A stretch of DNA of 64,000 nucleotides from Phycisphaerae bacterium (GTDB taxonomy: Bacteria > Planctomycetota > Phycisphaerae > WQYP01), in contig DATKPA010000037.1 in NCBI GenBank assembly GCA_035524355.1, positions 18,723-82,722 on the forward strand, written 5' to 3'. A program made the position numbers and the translations under genes. Below, in pieces: positions 20,901 to 29,862 of this stretch. The notes beneath the pieces are model-generated. The model was not told the origin of the DNA. It did no database searches and saw only the letters and a list, made by a program, of their open reading frames with translations. Positions within the stretch are counted from its first letter, which is position 1, and every line of letters begins with the position of its first letter.

Positions 20901-21509
20901 ACCGCCACCAACGTCGAAACCCCGCTCCTCACCCTCCCGCCCCAATCCCTCTCCCTCCTCAAACCCGGCGCCAACATCAAGATCACCACCCCCATCAAAC
21001 TCCCCGCCGGACTCCCCGCCGCCACCTACTCCTTCGTCGCCCGCATCGCGCCCACCCCCAAACTCGCCGAATCCAGCACCACCGACAACTCCATCGCCAG
21101 CACCTTCACCCTCACCGTCTATCCCCCCACCTACGACCTCACCGGCACCCTCCTCTCCTCCACCCTCAAATCCTCCCCCAAAGGCGTCGCCGGCAACCTC
21201 GCCCTCACCCTCCGCTCCCTCGGCAACGTCAACCTCGCCGCCAACCAGCAGGCCCAGCTCCAAATCATCGCCCACCCCACCACCGCCCTGAACACCGCCT
21301 CCGACATCATCCTCACCACCACTACCGTCAAACTCGCCAACCTCGCCCCGCAATCCCCCATCAACTTCAACCTCCCCATCAACTACACCAAACCCCTCCA
21401 CGCCGGCACCTATCAGATCGAAGTCCGTATCGTCACCACCCCGCACCTCGCCGAAACCAACACCCTCAACAACCTCCTCACCCAGAAGGCCCTCATCCTT
21501 CTCGCCTGA
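17961..21509 (+). CDS. large secreted repeat protein with two FKBP-type peptidyl-prolyl isomerase-like domains and choice-of-anchor-D-like repeats
   Basis: GAGGAA RBS 6 nt before ATG at 17961; N-terminal [24 protein letters not shown] leader; two modules [22 protein letters not shown]…[34 protein letters not shown] and [18 protein letters not shown]…[22 protein letters not shown] (FKBP fold signature); repeated NxT-rich ~100 aa units (…NASDFSIS…, …NPSDFTIS…). Confidence 0.6.
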   Translation: [1182 protein letters not shown]

Positions 21510-22014
21510 TCTGCGCCCCCCCCAAAGCCCGGCGGCTACCGCCGCCGCGGCGCATCCCCTCCTCGCTCCATTCCCTGCTACTCGTCCACATCAAAAAGAT
21601 CATCGAGCGAATCGTCGGCCCTATCCGTTTGCCCGTCGCGCAATCAATGTCCTAAAAACGCCCCAAAGGGGCCCACGAAAATAGCCAGGGGTGACCAACG
21701 GGAACCCCTGGTAACAATCGCAAAAAAATGTATTGAGCCCCAACGGGGCGATCGAACCTCTCTCGCAAGACATTGGCAACCCGAAGACCAACACCCTCGT
21801 CCGCGCCAAAGCCACCCTCAACATCCAATCCACCCGCCGCACCTTCCTCGGCAACTGGTACTGGCACCTCCCCAACGACACCAGAGAACCCAACTCTTCC
21901 CTCGACATCCCAGGCCTCCCCAACCTCACCGAAATGCTGGGCGCTCTCGCAAAATGACTACCGCGCGGATCAAAAGTTTAGCGGCGTTGCAACGCAACGC
22001 CTTTAAGCGAGTGG

Positions 22015-24237
22015 TCACTTATCCTCGTCAAATGGATTGTCGAGCGAACCATCTGCCCAACCTCTGTCGCGCCGACCGATCGCCTCCCGAAAGGCGTTTA
22101 TTTCTCGAGCGAACTCGTTCTTCAGCGAATTTGCTCCCGCATCGTCCCTATTCGCAAGTTCGCCTAGAACCGACTCAACATCGGCAACATTTGAAAACGA
22201 TTCAACACTTCCCAGCTCAACCCTCCATCTTGTTCTGGGCCGACCTGTTGAATGCACTGCACTGAGAAGACCGCGCAGGAAAAGTAAAGTTCCTCGCGGT
22301 GATGCAATCATCTCCTTCGCAAACGCCCTGGCCTCGGTGTCACCGCCAAGCCTTTTCCAATTCCACAAGTAGAATCCAAGCCGTTCGTCAGATTTTTCCA
22401 GCCGCCCGTCCTTGGCGGCGGATTCCAGTCTCGCTAAGCAAATTTTCTTCGCCTCGACCAAATCGTGCTCATCTAGTAGGTTATCCTTATCGCTTTTGTC
22501 ATCACGCTCCCTGCGGCGCTGTTCATACGCCACGGTGTCAATCGGTAAAAACATGCCTGTTGTGGCAGCAATCGCTCCTAGAAGTGCCTTGCTGCGAACA
22601 GTTGCATTCTTTTCTCGCCTGAGCCAGAACAGGACAATTCGATGCGCCGTCACAGACGGCGAAAGGCCGAATAAGCCTCCGTCACCCGCGGGAAGATCGT
22701 CCCCCACGTCAAAGAGAGCGGTCGCAAAATTTCTTGCGAGAGAGACATCCAACTCGGTCTTGTATGCGTCCAATCTATCCATGAGCGGAACGAGCTGACC
22801 GTTCCTCTTAATGAGGGTCATCACTTTCCTAATCGACTGTTCATCAACCGACGCGGCAACTACGTTATCGATGAGAGCAAGCGGAATTTCTCCCTCTGGC
22901 AATGTCATAACGAAATATCGCGGGAACATCTTTTCGCTGCATACGCGGAGGGTGCGCTCCCATTCGTCATCCCAGTCCCGTCCATACCCTCCAAGCCGCG
23001 GGAACAATTGTGGCAATAGGCTGCTGACTGCCTCACGATCATCTGCATTGACGGATTCCAACATCTGATCCATCTTCTTCTTTCGTTCATCCGTCCTATC
23101 TTTCCTGAACGCCGCATCCATTGCGGTCTCAACAAAAATATCACGACATTTCGCAATCGCCGAATATACCTCCGGAACGAACACGCGGAGGACCTCTATT
23201 GCAATTAGATCGATCACATTTACTTCCAACTTGTGTTGCTGGACAAACAAGCCGACCGTGAATGAAAAGCTCGCAAGTACCCTGTGGACATCCCGCATCG
23301 TTCCCAAGAACGGCTGGATCCCGTGGTGAAATATCCGCTCCCAGCGGTCCCCGTCGAAATTACGCGTTGCGTCCTGTATCTTCCCAAGAATCTCGTCCAA
23401 TCCATTAAAGAATAATTTGTTCAACTTTGTTTGCTCTACGTCCGGCAAATCTAGGCCAACTTGGACAATTTTCTCCATGAACTCTCGCCCGGTGGCCCCT
23501 GAAAACCCATCGAGCGCCGTCTCAACAACAGCCCTGTCAAACATGAGGAGAAATATAATATTGGGAAAATCAGCGTTCGCCTTAACAAGTCGAAAGAGCA
23601 ATCGAATTTCCTCTCTCGTCAAACGATCTACGTCGTCCATAATTACGAGGAGGGGCTGACTCATGGAGCGAAGCGCAATGGCAATTTCGCCTTTTAGTTT
23701 TTGCAAACTTGGTGAGTTATGCTGCGCAGCCCCCGCCGCTTCTTTCAAAACGTCCGCAGACCCCCTCGCGCCTTTCTCAACTGCATCTGAAAAAAGAGGT
23801 AGAATCGGAACCCCAACAATCTTGCTTGCCTGACCAATGTACTTAAAGCTCGTAGCGCCTAAAAACAACAAACTCGCATACCGATGCCATTTCTCCGCCA
23901 GCCTCTCACCATCCCTTACATTCACGCTTACCGCCTTGCCGACCTCCTCAAAAAATGCACCCATCAAGCGATCCGACCCCGTCCATGCCCACGGATTGAA
24001 CTCAATTACAGAAACGGGCTTTTCGGCCTTCTGCAAAAACTCCAATACCATGTTCTTTGTTGACGACTTCCCGATCCCCCACTTGCCATACACCGCAAGG
24101 ACCAAACTCTCTTCGTCGCGCCAAGCCGAAATAGCATTGGCCAAGGCCAATGCGAAACTTCCACGCCCGAGCATATCTTCCGCTAATGACCCAATGGGGT
24201 GGTCGGAGGACAGACGTGAAGTATTGGCTTCTGTCAT
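22015..24237 (-). CDS. KAP-family P-loop NTPase
   Basis: Walker A LAVYGKWGIGKSST near N-terminus after DxL…FA…LA…I motif, Walker B LLVIMDDVDR, long helical C-terminal region; lower GC than flanks. Confidence 0.75.
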   Translation of the reverse strand: MTEANTSRLSSDHPIGSLAEDMLGRGSFALALANAISAWRDEESLVLAVYGKWGIGKSSTKNMVLEFLQKAEKPVSVIEFNPWAWTGSDRLMGAFFEEVGKAVSVNVRDGERLAEKWHRYASLLFLGATSFKYIGQASKIVGVPILPLFSDAVEKGARGSADVLKEAAGAAQHNSPSLQKLKGEIAIALRSMSQPLLVIMDDVDRLTREEIRLLFRLVKANADFPNIIFLLMFDRAVVETALDGFSGATGREFMEKIVQVGLDLPDVEQTKLNKLFFNGLDEILGKIQDATRNFDGDRWERIFHHGIQPFLGTMRDVHRVLASFSFTVGLFVQQHKLEVNVIDLIAIEVLRVFVPEVYSAIAKCRDIFVETAMDAAFRKDRTDERKKKMDQMLESVNADDREAVSSLLPQLFPRLGGYGRDWDDEWERTLRVCSEKMFPRYFVMTLPEGEIPLALIDNVVAASVDEQSIRKVMTLIKRNGQLVPLMDRLDAYKTELDVSLARNFATALFDVGDDLPAGDGGLFGLSPSVTAHRIVLFWLRREKNATVRSKALLGAIAATTGMFLPIDTVAYEQRRRERDDKSDKDNLLDEHDLVEAKKICLARLESAAKDGRLEKSDERLGFYLWNWKRLGGDTEARAFAKEMIASPRGTLLFLRGLLSAVHSTGRPRTRWRVELGSVESFSNVADVESVLGELANRDDAGANSLKNEFAREINAFREAIGRRDRGWADGSLDNPFDEDK

Positions 24238-24900
24238 AATGCTCTCCTGAAATGCAGCCCTCAACCGACCCGCACCGAGTTCGGACGTATTAAATTAGGC
24301 TGGAACCAAACAAAATGCAAACATTTTTATTTCAATTCTCGTCACGATTTGACACAATGGCACTATCTCCCACAGGAGACCTCTGACATGTGTGTTGTTC
24401 GCGTATTTCGATGGCACTCCTCTTCGCTCACCGCTTCATTACCCACCACCCTCCTCACCCCCACTCAATTCCAGAACAAAAAAGGGGTCAAACATATTTT
24501 TTGGGAGGCCTCCTTCCTCGACGTCGCTGATCGCGCCCCGCGCAAACCGTGACCTTACGATGCCGACATCGTCAATCATCTGGAGAACCCGACCGCGCCC
24601 TGCACCACAATCTCCGGGGTGGCCCTCCAAATATCCAGAATTCTATTGCATTCACCCACAACCCGACTATAATCCTAACATAACGTCGACGCCGGCCGCA
24701 CGATCAAAGGGAGGGGACCCCCATGCCATCACCCGCCAATTCCCCATTCACTCATTCACTGACTCGCTTATTCGCTTACTCACTACCCTCCATCCCACCT
24801 CCCATTGCGCCCCTCCCCCGTCCAGACCTGCAGCCCGTTGCACCCCTCCCAACCACTCCCGCCTCCCCCCTCTCCCCGAGCGCGCAGGGGGTGGCAAACA

Positions 24901-25095
24901 TTCTGAGGATCTTCAGCCAGCGCTATCAAAAACGCGGTTCTTCAACCCCGACTTCTGAGGATCTTCGGCACAACCCCCAAAAAACGCCCCTCCCCTTCCC
25001 GACTTCTGAGGTTCTTCGCCCCACCCCCTCAAAAACACGCTTCCACCCCTCCCCACATTCTGAATTCACTGATTCGCTTATTCTGAATTCCCCCA
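24901..25095. repeat. ~52-nt tandem repeat, 3+ copies (TTCTGAGGWTCTTC…CAAAAACGC…CCCGAC), flanked ~300 bp apart by two copies of TTCACTGAYTCGCTTATTC
   Basis: Units at 24901-24952, 24953-25003, 25004-~25057 read directly; second motif at ~24751-24775 and ~25066-25090. Confidence 0.65.
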
Positions 25096-25226
25096 ACCCC
25101 ACCCCCTCCCAAGCCGATAATCCCCCTATCCCCTCCGCTCCCAAACTCCCCCCTAGCCTTCCCCGCCCTTCTCGAAATACAATGAATCACGGCCAACGCC
25201 ACATCCGACGCCCGCAGGAGCCTGAC

Positions 25227-26525
25227 ATGAAGAAATCCGCACGCAACTTCCTGGTTCTTGCTTCCTGCTCCCTGCTTCTCGCGGCACTGCCCGCGCGCGC
25301 GGCCGACGTCCTCGCCCATTGGTCCTTCGACGAACTCGTCAACGATGGCCACGCCTTCGCGGATCTCCATGGGCCGTACAGGGCGCTCATCACGGATCAA
25401 TCGTCCGCCACCCTCGACGCCAGCAAGGATGTCCCCTTCGGAAAAGCCGTCACCCTCGGACCCGGCGGCACCGGCCTCTCCATCCCCGCCCTCCCCGGAA
25501 TCTACGACCACTCCTTCACCGTCGCCGCCTGGGTCAAGCTCGATGACGCCCACGAACGCAATTACCTCCTCGCAGACTGGGTGAAACCCAACGCCTATGC
25601 CTTCGGTTTCGACAACAGCAAAGTCATGGTCATGCTCCGCAACGAAAAGCTCGACAAGAATGCCCACACCACCGACATCGTCAGCGGCAAAAATCTCAAT
25701 GTGCCGATCTCGGCCGATGCCTGGCATCATGTGGCCTGGGTGTGGGACAAAACCGGCGCGAAGTCCGGAACCATGACCGTCTACCTCGACGGCAACAAGG
25801 CTGCCGAAGTCAATGCCACCGGGAAAGTTCCCGCAGTCATCGCGGAGAACCACCGCCCCGCCAGCATCGGGTACAAAGGGGACACCAAGAGCGCCTTCCA
25901 CGGCTCCGTCGATGAACTCTGGGTCTTCAACGATGCCCTCTCCGCCGAACAGGTCGGCAATTTGATGAAGTCCAATGACATCAACAACAACACGCAACTC
26001 GCCAACGCCGCGCCGGCCGCTGCACCCCCCGCCACGCCCACCACGCCGGCCAATACCACCGGCTCCGTTGACGCATCGGCTGCAGCGCCGGCGACACCCG
26101 CGAATGCGACCCCTGGGACGACCGCCACGCCGCCCGACAACAGCGTCGCGGCAGCGCCGCCGGCTCCGGGCGATGCCACCCCCGGCAATACCGGGGCTTC
26201 CGCTTCCAGCACGCCGCCGATGTTCTCGGTGAGCAGTTCCACGCTTGGCGCTGCGAATTCGGCACCGCCCACCACGCCCACCACGCCCGCCACGGCCAAG
26301 CCGAGCACGCCTGCGGCACCGCCCGCGCCGCCCTCGTTCACCGTGAGCCGCCCGACCACGCCCGTGACGCCGCTCGAGCCGATCGCGCCTGCCGCTCTCG
26401 CAGAGACGCCCGCGCCGCACTACACGCCGGCGCGGATCGCCGGGATCGTTGCCTCCGGCACCATGTCGCTCTCGCTCATCATCTTTCTCTTCTGGGCGGC
26501 GCAGGAACGCAGCAAAATGCGCTAG
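25227..26525 (+). CDS. secreted LamG/concanavalin-A-like lectin-domain protein with Pro/Thr/Ala-rich linker and C-terminal membrane anchor
   Basis: Signal peptide MKKSARNFLVLASCSLLLAALPARA; …FTVAAWVKLDD…WHHVAWVWDKTGAKSGTMTVYLDGNKAAE…FHGSVDELWVFNDALS LamG-type blocks; low-complexity PTPA tract; hydrophobic C-terminus IAGIVASGTMSLSLIIFLFW; start at internal Met (track ORF 24723.. carries non-coding-like N-extension over the repeat region). Confidence 0.65.
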   Translation: MKKSARNFLVLASCSLLLAALPARAADVLAHWSFDELVNDGHAFADLHGPYRALITDQSSATLDASKDVPFGKAVTLGPGGTGLSIPALPGIYDHSFTVAAWVKLDDAHERNYLLADWVKPNAYAFGFDNSKVMVMLRNEKLDKNAHTTDIVSGKNLNVPISADAWHHVAWVWDKTGAKSGTMTVYLDGNKAAEVNATGKVPAVIAENHRPASIGYKGDTKSAFHGSVDELWVFNDALSAEQVGNLMKSNDINNNTQLANAAPAAAPPATPTTPANTTGSVDASAAAPATPANATPGTTATPPDNSVAAAPPAPGDATPGNTGASASSTPPMFSVSSSTLGAANSAPPTTPTTPATAKPSTPAAPPAPPSFTVSRPTTPVTPLEPIAPAALAETPAPHYTPARIAGIVASGTMSLSLIIFLFWAAQERSKMR

Positions 26526-26552
26526 CCGCCGGCCTGACGGTATACTTCGCGC

Positions 26553-27074
26553 ATGAACATCGTGCTTATTGGCTATCGCGGCAGCGGCAAATCGACGGTA
26601 GGAAAACGCCTCGCTCAACTGCTCGGAATGGCGTTTGTCGATACGGACGTGCTGATCATCGAACGTGCCGGGCGGAGCATCCGGGAGATCTTCGCCGCGG
26701 AGGGTGAAACGGGCTTTCGCGAGCGGGAGAGCGCCGTGATTCAGGAAGTGGCAGCGCGAAGCAACACGGTCATCGCGGCGGGCGGGGGCGCGATCCTTCG
26801 GCCGGAGAACGTGGTGGCGATGAAGCGCAGCGGCAAGGTCGTGTGGCTGCAGGCCGAGCCCGAGGTTCTGCATGCGCGCATCAGCGGCGACAGCGCCACC
26901 GCGGCGAATCGGCCGCACCTGACGCAATTGGGCGGCGGCGTGGAGGAGATTCGAGCCGTCCTCGAGAAGCGTTTGCCGCTGTATGCGGCGGCCGCGGATG
27001 TGACGATCGACATCGGCCGGATTCCGCTGGAAGAGGCGGTGGCACACATCCAGGAAAGTCTTGCAGACCGCTGA
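26553..27074 (+). CDS. aroK: shikimate kinase
   Basis: 173 aa; Walker A GYRGSGKST, …DTD…, …AAGGG… SK motifs. Confidence 0.85.
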   Translation: MNIVLIGYRGSGKSTVGKRLAQLLGMAFVDTDVLIIERAGRSIREIFAAEGETGFRERESAVIQEVAARSNTVIAAGGGAILRPENVVAMKRSGKVVWLQAEPEVLHARISGDSATAANRPHLTQLGGGVEEIRAVLEKRLPLYAAAADVTIDIGRIPLEEAVAHIQESLADR

Positions 27075-27238
27075 TCCCCTCCAGCAAGCGGGGAACGTGC
27101 GAATTATGAGACGCACCAGCATAATCGCTGTAATCGTTTATGAATTTCGCACTTATCGGTCGATAGCAAGAGCTGAAAGCTGAACTGTGCGCCCGCAGCA
27201 TTGACGCTGCGTCCAGGCCTCGCGGTCTTAATTCGTTC

Positions 27239-27556
27239 ATGGAAGGAACGCCGATGGTCGCCCAAGCAGCCCCATTCGTTACCGTCTCGTCCAGTGCAAT
27301 CAAGGTGCTGGATCTCCTCACCAACCGCTACCACGTAGGGATCGTCCGGGAAAGCTCGGATGCGGGCTTCAATGTGGAACTGCCCGCCAGCGCCCGCTTC
27401 CATGCCGGCCAGCGCGTGCGGTTTGTCCTGGCGGATGGACAGGCGATCGTGGCGAAACGGTCCATGCACCGCGGTTTTATCACGCAGGTGTCGTCGGAAG
27501 ATGCCATCCGCCTCAACGTGCGGCTCGCCCGCCTTCCCGAAACGGCCGTCGCCTGA
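27239..27556 (+). CDS. hypothetical protein (105 aa)
   Basis: complete ORF with ATG; no recognisable motif (weak PilZ-like resemblance only). Confidence 0.3.
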   Translation: MEGTPMVAQAAPFVTVSSSAIKVLDLLTNRYHVGIVRESSDAGFNVELPASARFHAGQRVRFVLADGQAIVAKRSMHRGFITQVSSEDAIRLNVRLARLPETAVA

Positions 27557-27665
27557 TCGGTTCTCGCCGGCAACGCCCGCAGACCGCGGCCTTGTTTCGA
27601 CTGCTCCCGCCGCGTCAGCGCGTCTTGATCGCTCCCCCACCTTTTGATAGAGTAGTACCTCCCAT

Positions 27666-27738
27666 GGGGATATAGCTCAGTTGGGAGAGCGTCTCGATGG
27701 CATCGAGAAGGTCAGGGGTTCGAGCCCCCTTATCTCCA
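27666..27738 (+). tRNA. tRNA-Ala (anticodon GGC)
   Basis: GGGGATATAGCTCAGTTGGGAGAGCGTCTCGATGGCATCGAGAAGGTCAGGGGTTCGAGCCCCCTTATCTCCA; cloverleaf with G3:U70 Ala identity pair, anticodon loop ATGGCAT; CCA not encoded. Confidence 0.85.
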
Positions 27739-27744
27739 CTAGGT

Positions 27745-27786
27745 AAACCGCCGCAGCGATGAAAGTTGCGGCGGTTTTGTTTTTGC
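27745..27786 (+). terminator. rho-independent terminator after tRNA-Ala
   Basis: ACCGCCGCAGC-GATGAAAGT-TGCGGCGGT stem-loop followed by TTTTGTTTTT. Confidence 0.65.
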
Positions 27787-28297
27787 CCCTTTTCCAAATC
27801 GATGCGATGAAACGGCCTCACTACATCCGTTAGTAAAGCCCCTTTCTCTTGGCATGCGATCGCACTTTGCACCCTCTTCGTGTTTAGGTGTTTACGTCGT
27901 CGCCGGCCACCCTCACCGCCCCCCCAACTCCCCCTCGCGCACCAGCAACTTCGGCCTCCCCCCGCTCGCAAGAATCCCCAGCGCCCGCTGAATCTGCGCG
28001 GCCTCCCGATGCAACCCCCCTTGCGTCGCCACCCCATGCGCCCGATGCAGCGCCCCCACCGCCTCCCTCATATTCCGATGCCGAAACTTCTCCCGCGCCT
28101 CCCCGAGCAACACCCGCAACTCCCCCCGCACCCTCTCCACACCGTCGCCTCCATCACCTTTCGAAAACAGCGTCCCCATTCACTCGCTCCCCGCGGACCG
28201 CTGTTTCAAGATGCGATAACCCAAAAAACATTTGTGTTGATTTGTGTTCATTTGTGGGCAATTCCCGTCGTCGTTCCGTCGTGGTTTCAACACCCGC

Positions 28298-29767
28298 TCA
28301 CCGCCGCCGATCCCCAAACTTCTTCCCCCCGCGCGGCGGCCCGCCACGCCCTCGAAAATCCCGCCGCTGCCCCCCCCCACCACCACCCCCGCCGCCGCCG
28401 CCACCCAAAATGGTCTTCAACCGCGGCCCCTTCACTCCAATCGACTCCGGCCCCCTCACCTTCCGCTTCGCCACCAGCATGCCAATCAACCGGCACGCAA
28501 TCTGCGTCAAATCCAACTGCTCCTCCAGCACCGCCAACAGCCCCACCGCGCTGTCCGGCACTTTCATCGCGCAAATCTTCGCCACGAGCTTCGCATCCTC
28601 CTTCTTGTGAATGTCCGAAGCCGTCGGCACCTCCCGATGAATGAACGACGCCTTGATCGCGCTCTGCAACCGCTTCAACTGCCGAAACTCAAACGGATTC
28701 ACCAGCGTGATCGCCTTCCCCTTCTGCCCCGCGCGACCGGTCCGCCCGATGCGATGCACATACCCCTGCTGATCGAACGGCATGTGATAGTTGAACACGT
28801 GCGACACCCCCGTCACATCCAATCCCCGCGCCGCCACATCCGTCGCCACCAGCATCTCCACCCGCCCCTCCTTGAACGCTCGAATCGTCTCCTGCCGCTG
28901 GTCCTGCTCGATGTCCCCATGCAGCGGCCGCGCCATGCAGCCACGCGACATCAACACCTCGCACAGCTCATCCGTCTCCCGCTTCGTCCGGCAGAAAATA
29001 ATCGACTTCGCCGGCTCCTCCGCATCGATGATCCGCACCACCGCGTCCAGCCGCTCCGGCTCATCGACGATGTAAAACGACTGCTCCACATCCGTGTTCG
29101 TCGCATCGTGCTGCACGAGATTGATCGTCACCGGATCCTGCAGAATGTTCTGCGCCAGCTTCCGGATCGGCGGCGCCATCGTGGCGGAGAACAAAAGCGT
29201 TTGCCGCTCCTTCGGCAGGTACTCAAAGATCTTCTGAATGTCCTCCATGAACCCCATGTCCAGCATTTCGTCCGCCTCGTCGAGAATCACCACCGACGGC
29301 TTGAACTCCCCCATCCGCCCCGACTCCAGCAAATCCAGCAACCGCCCCGGCGTCGCCACGACAATCTGCGCCCCGCGCCGAATCAACTCCACCTGCCGCC
29401 CGCTCGACTGCCCCCCATACACCGCCACCGACCGCACCTTCGCGATCCGCCCCAGCTTGAAAAGTTCATCGCTGACCTGTCCCGCCAGTTCGCGCGTCGG
29501 CGTGATGACCAGAATCTCCACGCCACCGCTGAACTTCAACCGACTCATCGCCGGCAACCCGAACGCCGCCGTCTTCCCCGTCCCCGTCCGTGCCTGCGCA
29601 ATCAAATCCTTCCCCGCCAGCACCACCGGAATCGCCGCCGCCTGAATCGGCGTCGCCCCCTTATCCCCCGCCGCCACCACCCCCGCCTTCACCGCCTCGC
29701 TCAACTCAAACGACTCGAACAACACCTGCGCCACCGGCTCCGCTACCTCATCCAACGTCGGCTTCAT
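28298..29767 (-). CDS. deaD: DEAD-box ATP-dependent RNA helicase with Gly/Arg-rich C-terminal tail
   Basis: Q-motif, Walker A AQARTGTGKT, DEAD (ILDEADEM), SAT, HRIGRTGRAG; C-terminal GGGGGGGGGGGQRRDFRGRGG; start at internal Met MKPTLDEV. Confidence 0.9.
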   Translation of the reverse strand: MKPTLDEVAEPVAQVLFESFELSEAVKAGVVAAGDKGATPIQAAAIPVVLAGKDLIAQARTGTGKTAAFGLPAMSRLKFSGGVEILVITPTRELAGQVSDELFKLGRIAKVRSVAVYGGQSSGRQVELIRRGAQIVVATPGRLLDLLESGRMGEFKPSVVILDEADEMLDMGFMEDIQKIFEYLPKERQTLLFSATMAPPIRKLAQNILQDPVTINLVQHDATNTDVEQSFYIVDEPERLDAVVRIIDAEEPAKSIIFCRTKRETDELCEVLMSRGCMARPLHGDIEQDQRQETIRAFKEGRVEMLVATDVAARGLDVTGVSHVFNYHMPFDQQGYVHRIGRTGRAGQKGKAITLVNPFEFRQLKRLQSAIKASFIHREVPTASDIHKKEDAKLVAKICAMKVPDSAVGLLAVLEEQLDLTQIACRLIGMLVAKRKVRGPESIGVKGPRLKTILGGGGGGGGGGGGQRRDFRGRGGPPRGGKKFGDRRR

Positions 29768-29862
29768 ACCAATTCTCCAAATAAAACGCAGGCAGTAACA
29801 CCGACGTCCAAACCAAAACCCGAATCGCCCACTATACCACAATCCCCCGCATCACATTCCGC

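Noticed and set aside
17847-21446. Series of long minus-strand Gly/Glu/Asp/Val-rich ORFs (17847..18758, 18918..19886, 19911..21446) and + strand Pro/Ser/Thr-rich ORFs
   Set aside because: Antisense or alternate frames of the large secreted repeat-protein gene.
21733-21957. 74-aa + strand ORF in the spacer before the KAP NTPase gene
   Set aside because: No RBS, no motif; possibly a relic, not enough support to call.
25029-27122. 697-aa minus-strand ORF
   Set aside because: Antisense to the LamG-domain gene and aroK; Gly/Arg-rich low-complexity translation.
27615-28037. 140-aa minus-strand ORF
   Set aside because: Runs antisense through tRNA-Ala and its terminator.
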